A DNA stretch of 59,933 nt, filler included, from Sphacelaria rigidula (lineage: Eukaryota): NCBI GenBank assembly GCA_964200075.2. It is 10 parts of 10 records of this genome, joined end to end, with 100 filler letters (N's around TTAATTAATTAA, not from the genome) between each part and the next. Parts side by side here need not be neighbours in the genome. Positions count along the whole stretch, not along the records: positions 48,030 to 53,931 come from CAXNAA020023616.1; positions 54,032 to 59,933 come from CAXNAA020023617.1; 8 more parts are not named here. One strand, given 5' to 3'. Each line of letters opens with the position of its first letter. Position 1 is the stretch's first letter. Made by a program: the position numbers and the translations under genes. Positions 50,051-59,933 of this stretch are shown here, piece after piece. The notes under the pieces are model-generated. The model saw only the letters and a list, made by a program, of their open reading frames with translations, was not told where the DNA came from and ran no database searches.

Positions 50051-50106
50051 TCCCGTTGACATTTCCTTCTCCATACCCATCACTATCATATTTTTCCTTC
50101 CAACAG

Positions 50107-50317
50107 GGTGCTTTCGGTGGGCTCGGCGGCTGACGCTCGTCCTCGCAGTCGGACTCCGGCAATGTCGTTCTGTCCGGCGCATGAGCACCCCCTTGCAGGC
50201 AAGGCGGCGGGGGGCGACTCGGGCAGTTCCGCTCCGCAGCGGGTGACGATGTCGCCGTTCGTTACGGGACAGCACTCGACGTGCGTGGCTTTCAGTCCCG
50301 ATGGGAGAGAGCTTCTG
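50107..50317 (+). CDS. WD40-repeat protein exon (DCAF6/DCAF8/WDTC1-like)
   Basis: Polypyrimidine tract plus CAG|...|GTGAGA. Encodes (R)VLSVGSAADARPRSRTPAMSFCPAHEHP...HSTCVAFSPDGRELL; F.P.H...H.T.VAFSPDG.ELL resembles this DCAF group (from recall). Confidence 0.7.
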
Positions 50318-52584
50318 GTGAGATGAATAGCCCTGGCACTACCTCTGTAGTGCAGGACGCCATACACGGCAGTATGAAATGTATTTCAACCATGTTTCTT
50401 GCGAGTGTACCGTTGTTGCGATTGAATGGCGGCATCAGAGGGATAAATGCTGCCATATAGATGTAGATATGAATGATGTTCCATGCCTGGGGGTTGCCTT
50501 CCTCTGTGTAGGGCCACATATTATGCCCGCTTCCAATACTGAAGTTGTATCCCCTCCGCGTGACGCGTTGTTGTACACACAAAACCCACAAACAAAACAA
50601 AAATCTGGATACCAACCGAACACCAAAGCTATGTGGCTGTCTTTGTGCGTTTGGTTTTCAAAAACATGAAGTTGGTGGGATATGCACTGGGTGGACTCGA
50701 CCGGGTGACCACGGAAGAGATATCGAGGGTTTCACGAAGCGCATGGGTAGTAACGCCTTTGAATCTGTTCCGTGTTCGAAACGCCCGTAACGTTTCTTTC
50801 GAATATTGTTCGACCATAAGATTATCATTTTTCGCCATCGCCCGGGGGGCGGGGAAGATGCATGTATCACCGTTGGACCATTTCTGACGTTCTGGGGGAA
50901 AAAATCAGACCCTCGCAAGTGGTGGAATATACAAAAAGACTCCCCACGTTTTGCTCAATTATTTTTATGTTGCGTCTGTTGCAGTAATCTGCAATCGCTC
51001 AACAACCAGCCGAAGGCCTCTGGCTTCAGCGAACACATGTATGTACCGAGCGGAGCGGGAGATGTAGGAGTCCGTTCTTTGCAGAAGAGTATAGTAGTAC
51101 AACGCACCATCGTATGGTGTTTCCTTGTGTAGAGCGGAGCACAGGCAAAAGCAGTCGGGACAGTACAGTACAACGCATAGCCGTACGGTGCGGTGCTGCG
51201 TGCAGTTGATTAGTACGATACACTGGTAGATGGAAGCCTGATGTACGGTGCAGGGGGTGCGTTTCGCAAAATGAGGGAAAAGAGAAGCACATCCATATTA
51301 TTTTCCCTTTACTACGATGTCCACGCGTCCCCAGCGCGGAGGAATGTGCTTTCTTCGACAAACCTCGAAACCTAATATTCGCACGTTAGAGCGACAACAG
51401 GTGCGAATTCTCGCTACACGGGACACGTCACGCACCCCAACTTGCACCAAAACGTCTCCAGGCCCGACACGCTGGGAATAGTCTGGGATTCTGTTGCATC
51501 ACTCCATTACTCGTTCCACGGAGTATTCTGCCCCCGGCTCGAAATTGCTCCGCGGAAATAAGACTCGGACGAAGCCGTTCCCGGGAGGAAGTTCACGCAG
51601 ACACTGAGCACGAAGTTGTTTCACAAAAAAATGGTGGAAGCCGAGAAACCCCGACGCAAAAATGGGCAGCTTCGCGTAGGGCACGTCAAGAATTGTGCCG
51701 GGTATAGAGATGGCCTGCGGCGTGTGCTGTGCAAAGCCTTTGCCGAAAAACTAGCGGTCGTTCGTTGGCGTAAAAGATTGGGCCTGAGAGATGAACGTGA
51801 CTCACCCCATGAGCTATTTTGTGGTGAAGGTTTGCACAGCGAATAAAGCGCACGCTTCAGCAGTCGATACGATTATTTGCATCACACTGGCGACGGCTCA
51901 GCTGTCAAACACTACTGTGAATCAGCGCGGCTGTGCAGTCTTCAGCCTTCGGTGTCGTCCCTGCGAGTCAGACAGCATGCGCTGCGAGGACGGTACCCTG
52001 CAGCACAACAGGCTGCAGTAGATAGGGTCGGCTAAATGTACATTACATTACATACAGCACCATACCAACGTGTAGCTAGTTGGTTTTATGACATTCTCGT
52101 CGTTGGTGTAGTTCTGTTATGCACTTGATACACGGTGTATGAGTGCATGTGCCTTATATATGTATGATCTGATTGGGGAGAGATCTCGAACGGGCCGCAA
52201 CGGCAGAATTGGGGCGCCACACTTGTTGAACGACAACGCTGGCCCTTTGAAGGTGCTTCCAGACCTGGGCCACCGATACCCCCGTGTCGTGCATGCGTCG
52301 TTGTGCTACCACGATGCGCAATTCTTGGGGGGCTATCGACCCAGTGTTTCTTTCTGGATGTATAGAAGGCCTATGGTAGTATGAAGAAGTGGGCGATGGA
52401 AAAAGATGTGGAGAATGATGAAAAAGATTACAGAATGTGGGAGAAGTTCCATGATGCCGTGAGGGAAATATTGAAATATGTTGGTATTTTATGAGGAGTC
52501 GCACAAGGATATACGTTGTTGCCTACTTAATTCAGGGCAATTATGACACAATCATCGCGATATAAGCAACAAAACTAGGATTCA

Positions 52585-53931
52585 GGGTGGGGGAAGTTAC
52601 GCACTGATGTTCGCGGATAATTTCGTGGGAATATCAGAAACACCAGAAGGATTGCAGAAACGAATGAAGAAGGCGCTAGAGTACTCTAGGAAATGGAGAG
52701 TGACAACGAACGTGAAATAATGCGCAGTTGCCAAATATAATGAACATGAGGGTAACCCGGTAGAGTTCAAACGGAAATGTCGAGAATAAGAGTTGCTCAT
52801 CGTAGACCAGTATGCATACCTCGGCGTAGAGATATAAAAAAACGATTTCAAGTATGGATACATGGAAGTAATGGGAAAGGGTAAGATTCGGATAGGCAAG
52901 ATGAACATTATCTGAGAGACTCGCACCTAGATACAAGGAGTAAGAGATGCATCCCGATTATTGTGGTTGTACCGCAGCTAGAATATGCAGAAGTATGGGA
53001 AGGGAAAGCGTAGTTCGTGAAGCAGCTGGAAACAGAAGAGATGACAGCAGCTGAGAAAATACTCGGATGCTCAAAAACGACGAGAGTTGAGAATGTACCC
53101 ACTTGAAACAAATAGACACCTGAGAAAATTGAATGGCGATATAATGAAAGGAACAACCCGAGAAAGAGATTGCCGACGATACTTGATGAGGCTGTATCGA
53201 AGAAAGTGACGAAAGGGCAGGCTGGAATAAGGTAAGATAGCGTAGTCGATCAAGTATAGAAGAAAATAGGAGGAAGCGAACACGAGCTAATTAATGCCCA
53301 CAGATGGATGTGAGAGGTACAAGACAAAAATAAGAAGAATGATAAAAATAAGGGAAAAAATGGCACTAAGACGGAACGTGGACGAGGAAGAGCTCCTACA
53401 GATATACGGGGAAATGAGAGAAGGAGTAGGGATGAAAACAAATTTACATGGCCCAATGGACTACGCAAAAATTTGAAGCGCGATTTTGGGTTGAGGACGT
53501 GGACCTGACAGAAAGAAGAAGGAAGCCTACCAGTAATCGGGTGGAGGAGGAAGTAGATGCTTACAGGCCCCTGTGGCAAAGCAACGGAGTAGCACTCTTA
53601 TAGGAGGAGATTGTGAAGTGCTCAAAAAGGAACAGGACGTGATAAGGGGGGAATTGTGGGGTAGAAACGAAGATGGCATCAAATCGTTTGGTACATCAGA
53701 TAGTCACCAGAAAGCGGCCGCTGTACTAGAAAATAAATGGTGGACACAGACGGCGGAACAAAGGAGGGCATGAAGTACGCGTAAAGTTTTGTGAGATGCG
53801 CGGGAAAAACCTAATAAGCGCCCAAATGTTGATGGTGTCTCTATTAGTAGTAGGAACGGTGCTCCGCCTGGAAAGGGATGCGTGGTTAATGGTCAAACGA
53901 CGAAGACAAGCAACAAATGAGTACCCCCCCC
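52585..53931 (+). mobile_element. LINE family C, 5'-truncated decayed copy (RT core to 3' end)
   Basis: Reads ALMFADNFVGISETPEGLQKRMKKALEYSRKWRVTTNVK*CAV...YAYLGV. Ends with the family 3' terminus CAACAAATGAGTA-CCCCCCCC at the contig end. Confidence 0.88.
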
Positions 53932-55035
53932 NNNNNNNNNNNNNNNNNNNNNNNNNNNNNNNNNNNNNNNNNNNNTTAATTAATTAANNNNNNNNNNNNN
54001 NNNNNNNNNNNNNNNNNNNNNNNNNNNNNNNTTCTAGCCAATGTCGCCAATATGAGGCGCTTCATGCAGCCTGAACCCGAACATGAGGTGCTGTATGGCC
54101 AATTTTTTCGTGACACTTTTAGCTGGTTTGGGGGGCTGTACTCATGATCATGTATGCCATAGTCATCAGACCATTGACCTCGCATCCCGACAAAGCCGGG
54201 ACAGAGCACGCCGGGTTTTCGCCGGACCAGGCTCGAGCTGGTTTTGGTGGGGGGGCTATCGTAGAAAGTGTCCCTTTATGTCTGAAGCTACACGTGAGGT
54301 AGTGTTCAGAATAGCCGTCGGGCTAGCTGAGGTTCTTGCCTCTCTTGCCTCTCTTGCCTCTCAGTCGGAACAACCAGCTTCTCGTTGGTCTCGCATCTTT
54401 CATGTGAACACCTCGACAAACATAACGCCCTCCAAGACATACACGGCATTTCGTTCATCTACTTGGCCGTTGCGGCTATATTGCTACTATATATACCAAT
54501 CACACCACGTCAGCGGAATTATCCACACGTATGGAAATGTTCCGAATCTGTGATTTTCTCGAATTTACGTGGTATAAGAAATGGCTATGCCCTCCAGCCG
54601 ATCGCCCTCTGTATCTACCTACTTATCTATCTATCCCACCATGTACCTAGATGGTTGGCTATTTTCGAAAAAAATCTGAACTTAGACAGCGCGTCACCAA
54701 GGATACGCAAGAATGATATGAAGTAAGAACCTGCAGATCCTTTTTTTCTGGTGGGGGGGAAAGCTGTTGCTGTTATGCATGGAAATAGATACTGTAGATC
54801 CCCCCCCTCGGCTTATTTCCGACGCAAGCTCGAATATGTGTAACGGACATCGATAATCGTGCGACCTCGTTTTTCTCTGGCGCACGTGAATGCGTGTGTA
54901 TGTTCGTGTAGAATATGGCTATGTCTGTTGTCTGTGTTTGTCACGTGTGTCTTTTTCACGCTGGCGTTTGACGATATCTTGGCCTCCTTCCCAGAACGAT
55001 TTAATTTGCTTCTTTTCCCCGTGCGATGGCGGCAG

Positions 55036-55185
55036 CTACAGGACAAGCGGGAAATCAGAAGTCTGAAGGCCATTGATATCGAGAACACCATGGACGCTCA
55101 CCGCTCCACGACAAAGAATCAGCAGAATCCTGGCAACCTTCTCTTAACCGCGACAGCCGCCCCGCCCCTGCTTACGCAAGCCGAG
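55036..55185 (+). CDS. Unknown protein, penultimate exon (acceptor could be 55042)
   Basis: CAG|...|GTATGT boundaries. Encodes LQDKREIRSLKAIDIENTMDAHRSTTKNQQNPGNLLLTATAAPPLLTQAE and ends in phase 0. Confidence 0.65.
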
Positions 55186-55757
55186 GTATGTGACTGTTGA
55201 AAGGTTCTCCCCTCTGTCCAAGGGACCCCGCCGCTTTCAATATGATGCCTTAGCCCCGAGCTCCTCGTTTTGAAGCTAACCCTAACCCCAGGTTGTCTCT
55301 CACAGTAGATGGTAGCGCTGACGGTTTCAATTCTACACGCAATGTGGGTCGACCGCTTTGCATTGTCGAAATTTCGAAAAACCGAAGTGGAAGTGAAGTT
55401 ATCGGCGGGCAAGTTATTTGCTAGAGGATGTTGCTCAGTTTCAATTCCAGGAGACGAGAGGTGAAACGAACCGTCCATACACGCCATCGTGTCACCCTAT
55501 CCCTTCATCGTTTGTTATTTTCTTTTTTTTTTCGTGATACTTGTAGCCCCCCCCCCGCCCATCCTTCGAACGATTCGTAGTCTCTGAGTTCAACCCACCG
55601 CTGCCACGGTACACGTCTCACACTCTACTGTCGCGGATTGGATCACCACTCCTGCACCGCGCCGGCTCTCGCCATATACGTTCAATTTGCTACAGTACGC
55701 ATACCTCTACGTCCTTAACGATGAAAAATGACGAAATACTCGGGGGAAGACATCTTG

Positions 55758-55830
55758 CATCCGCTGGGCTTCGAACCCTCGACCTCCCGCCGTAACAGGC
55801 TTCCGTCGGACCACTTGGACCTCCGGGACA
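55758..55830 (-). pseudogene. tRNA-derived (Asp-like) pseudogene or SINE head in intron
   Basis: Reverse complement ..CCCGGAGGTCCAAGTGGTCCGACGGAAGCCTGTTACGGCGGGAGGTCGAGGGTTCGAAGCCCAGCGGATG has A- and B-box-like motifs but does not form a clean cloverleaf. Confidence 0.5.
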
Positions 55831-55986
55831 CGGCTGATTACACGCCTACGTACGTGTGAAATGAAGTATCATTTGCCCTTCCATTCCCGCCTCGTCCCCA
55901 CCCCCATCATCCCGGCGATTGCCCCCCCCACTGTATGGCCACAGCGCGGAATGGGTCGCTATGTTGGGAGCTGTCAAACTCATCAG

Positions 55987-56325
55987 GTGAACTTCCTTTC
56001 TCCCCCGGTGCCGGAAGCCGCGGATGGCCAGCTAACCGCAGGGATCGCGCTCTCTATCCGTGCCTTCCTGACGCCAAACGGGGTGGGCAATAGATCCATC
56101 GAGCTGAGGACGCGAGATCGCTTTGGACAAGACCTCGGCAACGTCATCAGAAGCCTCACCATCGGGTCGGAAGCCAAGCAGCCCTCGGCGTTGGCCCGTG
56201 CCGCCATTTGCGCAGCGGCAAAGCGGGAGAGCATACCCGAGGCCGACATTGCTAAGTATCCCGTGACTCTCAACTCCCTGCCAGCGTTGGATGTGCGCGT
56301 AATCGCCGCCGATCGCGACATCTGA
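55987..56325 (+). CDS. Unknown protein, terminal exon
   Basis: CAG|GTG..., 113 codons ending in TGA, with GC3-rich coding-like composition: VNFLSPPVPEAADGQLTAGIALSIRAFLTPNGVGNRSIELRTRDRFGQDLGNVIRSLTIGSEAKQPSALARAAICAAAKRESIPEADIAKYPVTLNSLPALDVRVIAADRDI*. Confidence 0.72.
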   Translation: MNFLSPPVPEAADGQLTAGIALSIRAFLTPNGVGNRSIELRTRDRFGQDLGNVIRSLTIGSEAKQPSALARAAICAAAKRESIPEADIAKYPVTLNSLPALDVRVIAADRDI

Positions 56326-57420
56326 CCAGAGAACACTGCTTTTGTGTTTTCACCCCTTCCTTGACTTTCGTTTGATTTCTATTGTTGTTTCTGTTTCTGC
56401 TTTCGCAATCAATCCCTGTACGTTCGTTGTTCGGCCGGCAGCCGCGTTTCACTTCCTTCCATCCGGCGCGTGGTTTATTCCCCGTGCGTTGTGCACTGTT
56501 TCACTGGAGAGAACGTTCCCTGCTGTTGTTTGATTGATTTGTTGGGTGCATTTTGTTCTCTGTTTCGGCGGCGTCACTCGTGTAGTGTATGCCTGACCAA
56601 GCCGATGGTCGATGTTGCTTGCGATTCAAGCCGCCCATGTCTCACACGACTCCGGATGTCATGTACCCGCTACCCACGACGTGAAGGCACGGGTGTTTAG
56701 CGGGAAAACGTCATTGACCCTCGCCCGCATAGGGCACCCTATGCCTTTGAGTTCCAAGAGCTTGCTGTTGTGCTGACGCCCGGTGAAGGGTGCTGGCTGT
56801 ACCGTATTCCAGGCTCAATTCTGGATGACGGAGGAAAGGCTACCTTGTGATCACCAGGCCGAGCCCGCCGTGCGGCGGCAGTTTACATGCCGGGGGCCCG
56901 TCCCGTTCCGAACCATCACGCTGTTTGTATTCTCTGAAACTTGTCGATAATGAATGTCTGTGTGTGTTTGTTTGTATGAGTGTTTGTGTGTTTTCTTTCC
57001 ATTTATTTATTCTGGGCGCTAATCTACGCGGTTCGGAATGTAAGGGGACTTTGTGCCAGTTGGTCGACCAAATCCATACAGTAGTTGAACAAATACTTGT
57101 CATTGGTGTAGACTGCCACGTTCGGATCTTTTGCGGGCTGATAGCCCCCCAGGCGCCCACACAGTGTGCGCAGAATGCGCTCTGGTTCAAATGGACGTCG
57201 TAGGCGCCGATTTGAGCTCTGCAAACGCACACTGTGGGTAGGAAGAACGTTATATACATCCCCCTTGCCCGAGGGTTCACGGTGTACCTTGGGTTGGGGT
57301 TAGGGTTACGGCTATCGTTAGACTGTGACAGAAATAACGTCTGTATAACCATGAGAATGATCGACCAAATTGCGCACACGTACTGTACCCCGTCGAGGAC
57401 GCATGTAATTGCCTCTTTGG

Positions 57421-57462
57421 TTAGCCGGGTGGTGTTAGCCGGGTGGTGTTAGCCGGGTGGTG
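57421..57462. repeat. Minisatellite (TTAGCCGGGTGGTG)x3
   Basis: Three perfect 14-bp units. Confidence 0.9.
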
Positions 57463-59330
57463 CATGAGCACGAGAAGGGACTAGTTGCGACTACCGTGCG
57501 GTCAGACTGTCAGAGTGTCAGAGTGCGCAGCTCATCGAAAATGAACGAGGTGCTACCGTGCGCCAGGCGCGAACGGCAGTCCGAACTCCTCCACGCAGGG
57601 CTACCTCCAGATTCGTCCAGCGAGGTCGTGAAGAAATCGCTTGCTCGGTTTTTTCCACACTCGGACGGCATTGCATGCGCACGTGATATGCTGCTACTTG
57701 ATACGCGACGTGGATGTACGTGTGGCCGGGGGGGGACGGGGGAGAGCGGGGGAGTCCCCACTGGATTTACTCTTGTACTATTTTACAGTGTCACGATAGA
57801 GTGTAGAGTGAAGACATCAGTGGAGACTGGTGTGTGAAACTGCATCTGGATGTACTCTTGTGCTATTTTGAGTGCCACATTAGAGTGTACAGTGGCGATT
57901 GGTGTGTGAAGCTGTGCAGTAAAAGTAGTTGGCGCGGTGGGTAGGAAGAAAACGGGTGGAATTCCCCAGCGCGGGCGTGCGGTGTGCGGGATATGAAGCG
58001 GTCAGGAGAGCAGCGCTCGTATATGTGTCTATAGACCAGACCCAGCAGGTTGTTGCTCAACCGCGCGATCGGAAGCCCCGATAAATGACACTGTACTGTG
58101 TTACACATGTTGGACATTGAAAGTGCGTGTAGACTACGTGTACGTCATCAAGGCCGTCAAGGTCATTTGGACGGTGTCTTACGAGACAAGAAAATCGAGG
58201 GCAAAATTTTGACGTTGAGCATGGTCGTGGCTGTGCATGTTTTTATCGTTCTGATTGAGTTCAGGGCTGATGTTCCATGTCCCATGCCTCTTCGAAGCAT
58301 GCTAGATATATGAAAATATGTGTACCACTTGAAAAAAAGAAAAAACGAGCACGGAGAATTTTTTTGTCTGGTATACGAAATGCAACGTAAAATGGATGCC
58401 ATGCGTAGGCTGTTTGGGTCATCATGCGGTCTGGACCATACACCAGAGGTGCGCAGTCAATTAACGGCCTTGTGGCGCACTGATCTGTTGGCGAGTTTTC
58501 ATGTCCTCACCTTCTCAGGCCGTTTCTTGGCACACTGCTTCGATCGAAAAGATGCGGCGAAACAAAAAAAAATCATTTGAGTCTGACCTGATGGGTCGTC
58601 ATGAAAAATGAATTCGGTATCAAAAATGAGGTTCGAGTGAGATATCTTCTTCGCGGGGATGACGCGACACAGTTACACAGCGAAACCATCTTTCCCCCCC
58701 AAACTCTGCAGCAGTCAATCAGTTGTGGCTAGGTGCACCCAACGAATACGGTGTACACGCGCGTCGATGACGATATCACCAGAGAGAGAAGCAACGACAG
58801 AGAGGAAGCTCCTCCTCACCCGTGTCCTTTGTGTGTCCTCGCTCGGCGATTACCAACCGCTCGAGAGACTGACGTCATCGATTTTACCAGCATGTACCCA
58901 ACTTTCTATGTGCCAGAACATCGAGCTGCGGGAAGATTTCGTCTCTTCTCGCCTGTCGAGCTCACTAATGCGAAGGTCGATTTCTCTGCCTCTCTTTTGG
59001 ACAGGCGCGCCTCTGTGCGCTGAAAAATAGGGTAATGTCTCCGTCACCGCTACTACTGTTCTCTGCCACACACATGCCAGCAAGGGTGGTGCTGCGGTGA
59101 AGACAACAGATAGATCCAATTTAAACTTGGGGGGTGTTATTTATCGTTGATTTTACTTGACATGTATATAAGTGACCCTTTAGGTCCCCGACGACAAGAG
59201 CGTGCGAGACGCCAGTTGGGGGGGGGGTATGAGATATCAAACACTCTTGGAGACCTTCTTGACATACGGAGTGAAGAAAAATACCTATGGTGGTGACCTA
59301 ACCGTTGCTAGCGTGGTGCAGAGGGGGGTC

Positions 59331-59590
59331 GTACTCATTTGTTGCTTGCCTTAGTCGTGTGACCATTGACCACGCATCCCTTTCGAGACGGAGCACTCTT
59401 GCTACTTCTAATAGAGACACCTTCAACATTCCGGCGCTCATTACGTTTTTTTCGCAGCTCATTATTACGTTTCTTCCATACATTAATCTACACAAAACAT
59501 TTTACACATCTTATCCCCGTCCTGTTTCGCCGTCTCTGGCCACCATCCATCTCCTATTTTGGTCATCGTTTTCTCCCTACTGTCTAATGC
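59331..59590 (-). mobile_element. LINE family C 3' fragment
   Basis: GTACTCATTTGTTGCTTGCCTTAGTCGTGTGACCATTGACCACGCATCCCTTTCGAGACGGAGCAC is the reverse complement of the family 3' end and is preceded by GAGGGGGG. Confidence 0.85.
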
Positions 59591-59933
59591 ATCAGACGAT
59601 TTCATACCACATTTGCGTGGTGTAGAGGGGTGCGTCCATGCTGCAATCTGGAGCACGCGCTGGCTGCGTGAACACGTCGGTACAGTAGCTTCCAAGAATG
59701 AATTCCGATGTGAGGAGGTCACGCATTACAAGCTGGGGCGAGATATGATCCCACGAAGAGCAAGGTTGCTCTAAGATCAACCACTTTTCGTTGCATTTGA
59801 CACCTACGTCATCAACCGCCGACCGCAAAGGTCTTGTGGCTTTCAAGCAATGCTGGCGGCAGTACGGCAGGCAAACCCGATCTATAGCCTCTGCCAGACG
59901 ATCTGGACAAGAGGGCTATTCAGTCAGGGACTT

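Noticed and set aside
55758..55830. Functional tRNA gene (similar tRNA-like heads at 1-56 and ~13395-13475)
   Set aside because: The acceptor and anticodon stems do not pair properly. Only the Pol III boxes remain, as expected for SINE heads or pseudogenes.

Overview
This is eukaryotic nuclear DNA, not a prokaryotic locus, and not one contiguous region. It consists of ten unrelated, size-sorted contigs of 5904-5902 bp joined by an artificial 100-nt linker (N44-TTAATTAATTAA-N44). The contigs are 1-5904, 6005-11908, 12009-17912, 18013-23916, 24017-29920, 30021-35923, 36024-41926, 42027-47929, 48030-53931 and 54032-59933. Short GT-AG exons in long repeat-rich introns, an Ectocarpus-type F5/8C-like repeat and a brown-algal-type 5S fragment point to a brown alga (Phaeophyceae; inference). 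Most ORFs in the supplied track are spurious. The real coding signal is partial spliced genes: a six-exon subtilisin-like (S8) protease with a Pro/Thr linker and an F5/8C-like module; three exons of mitochondrial trifunctional enzyme alpha (HADHA-like); two large exons of a Pro-rich multi-UIM protein; a WD40/DCAF-like exon; and terminal exons of two unknown proteins. The rest is mostly transposon debris: two LINE families, a tRNA-derived SINE, a gypsy gag/pol relic, a solo LTR, piggyBac-like and hAT/P-like MITEs, satellites and hairpins. The most notable observations are a four-level nested insertion (satellite > SINE > palindromic-array TIR element > LINE tail), a LINE family whose 3' ends repeatedly abut poly(C), inverted internally deleted 5S-derived copies, and the atypical catalytic-Ser helix and architecture of the subtilase. 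I found no convincing new multi-gene system, and adjacency across linkers has no biological meaning.
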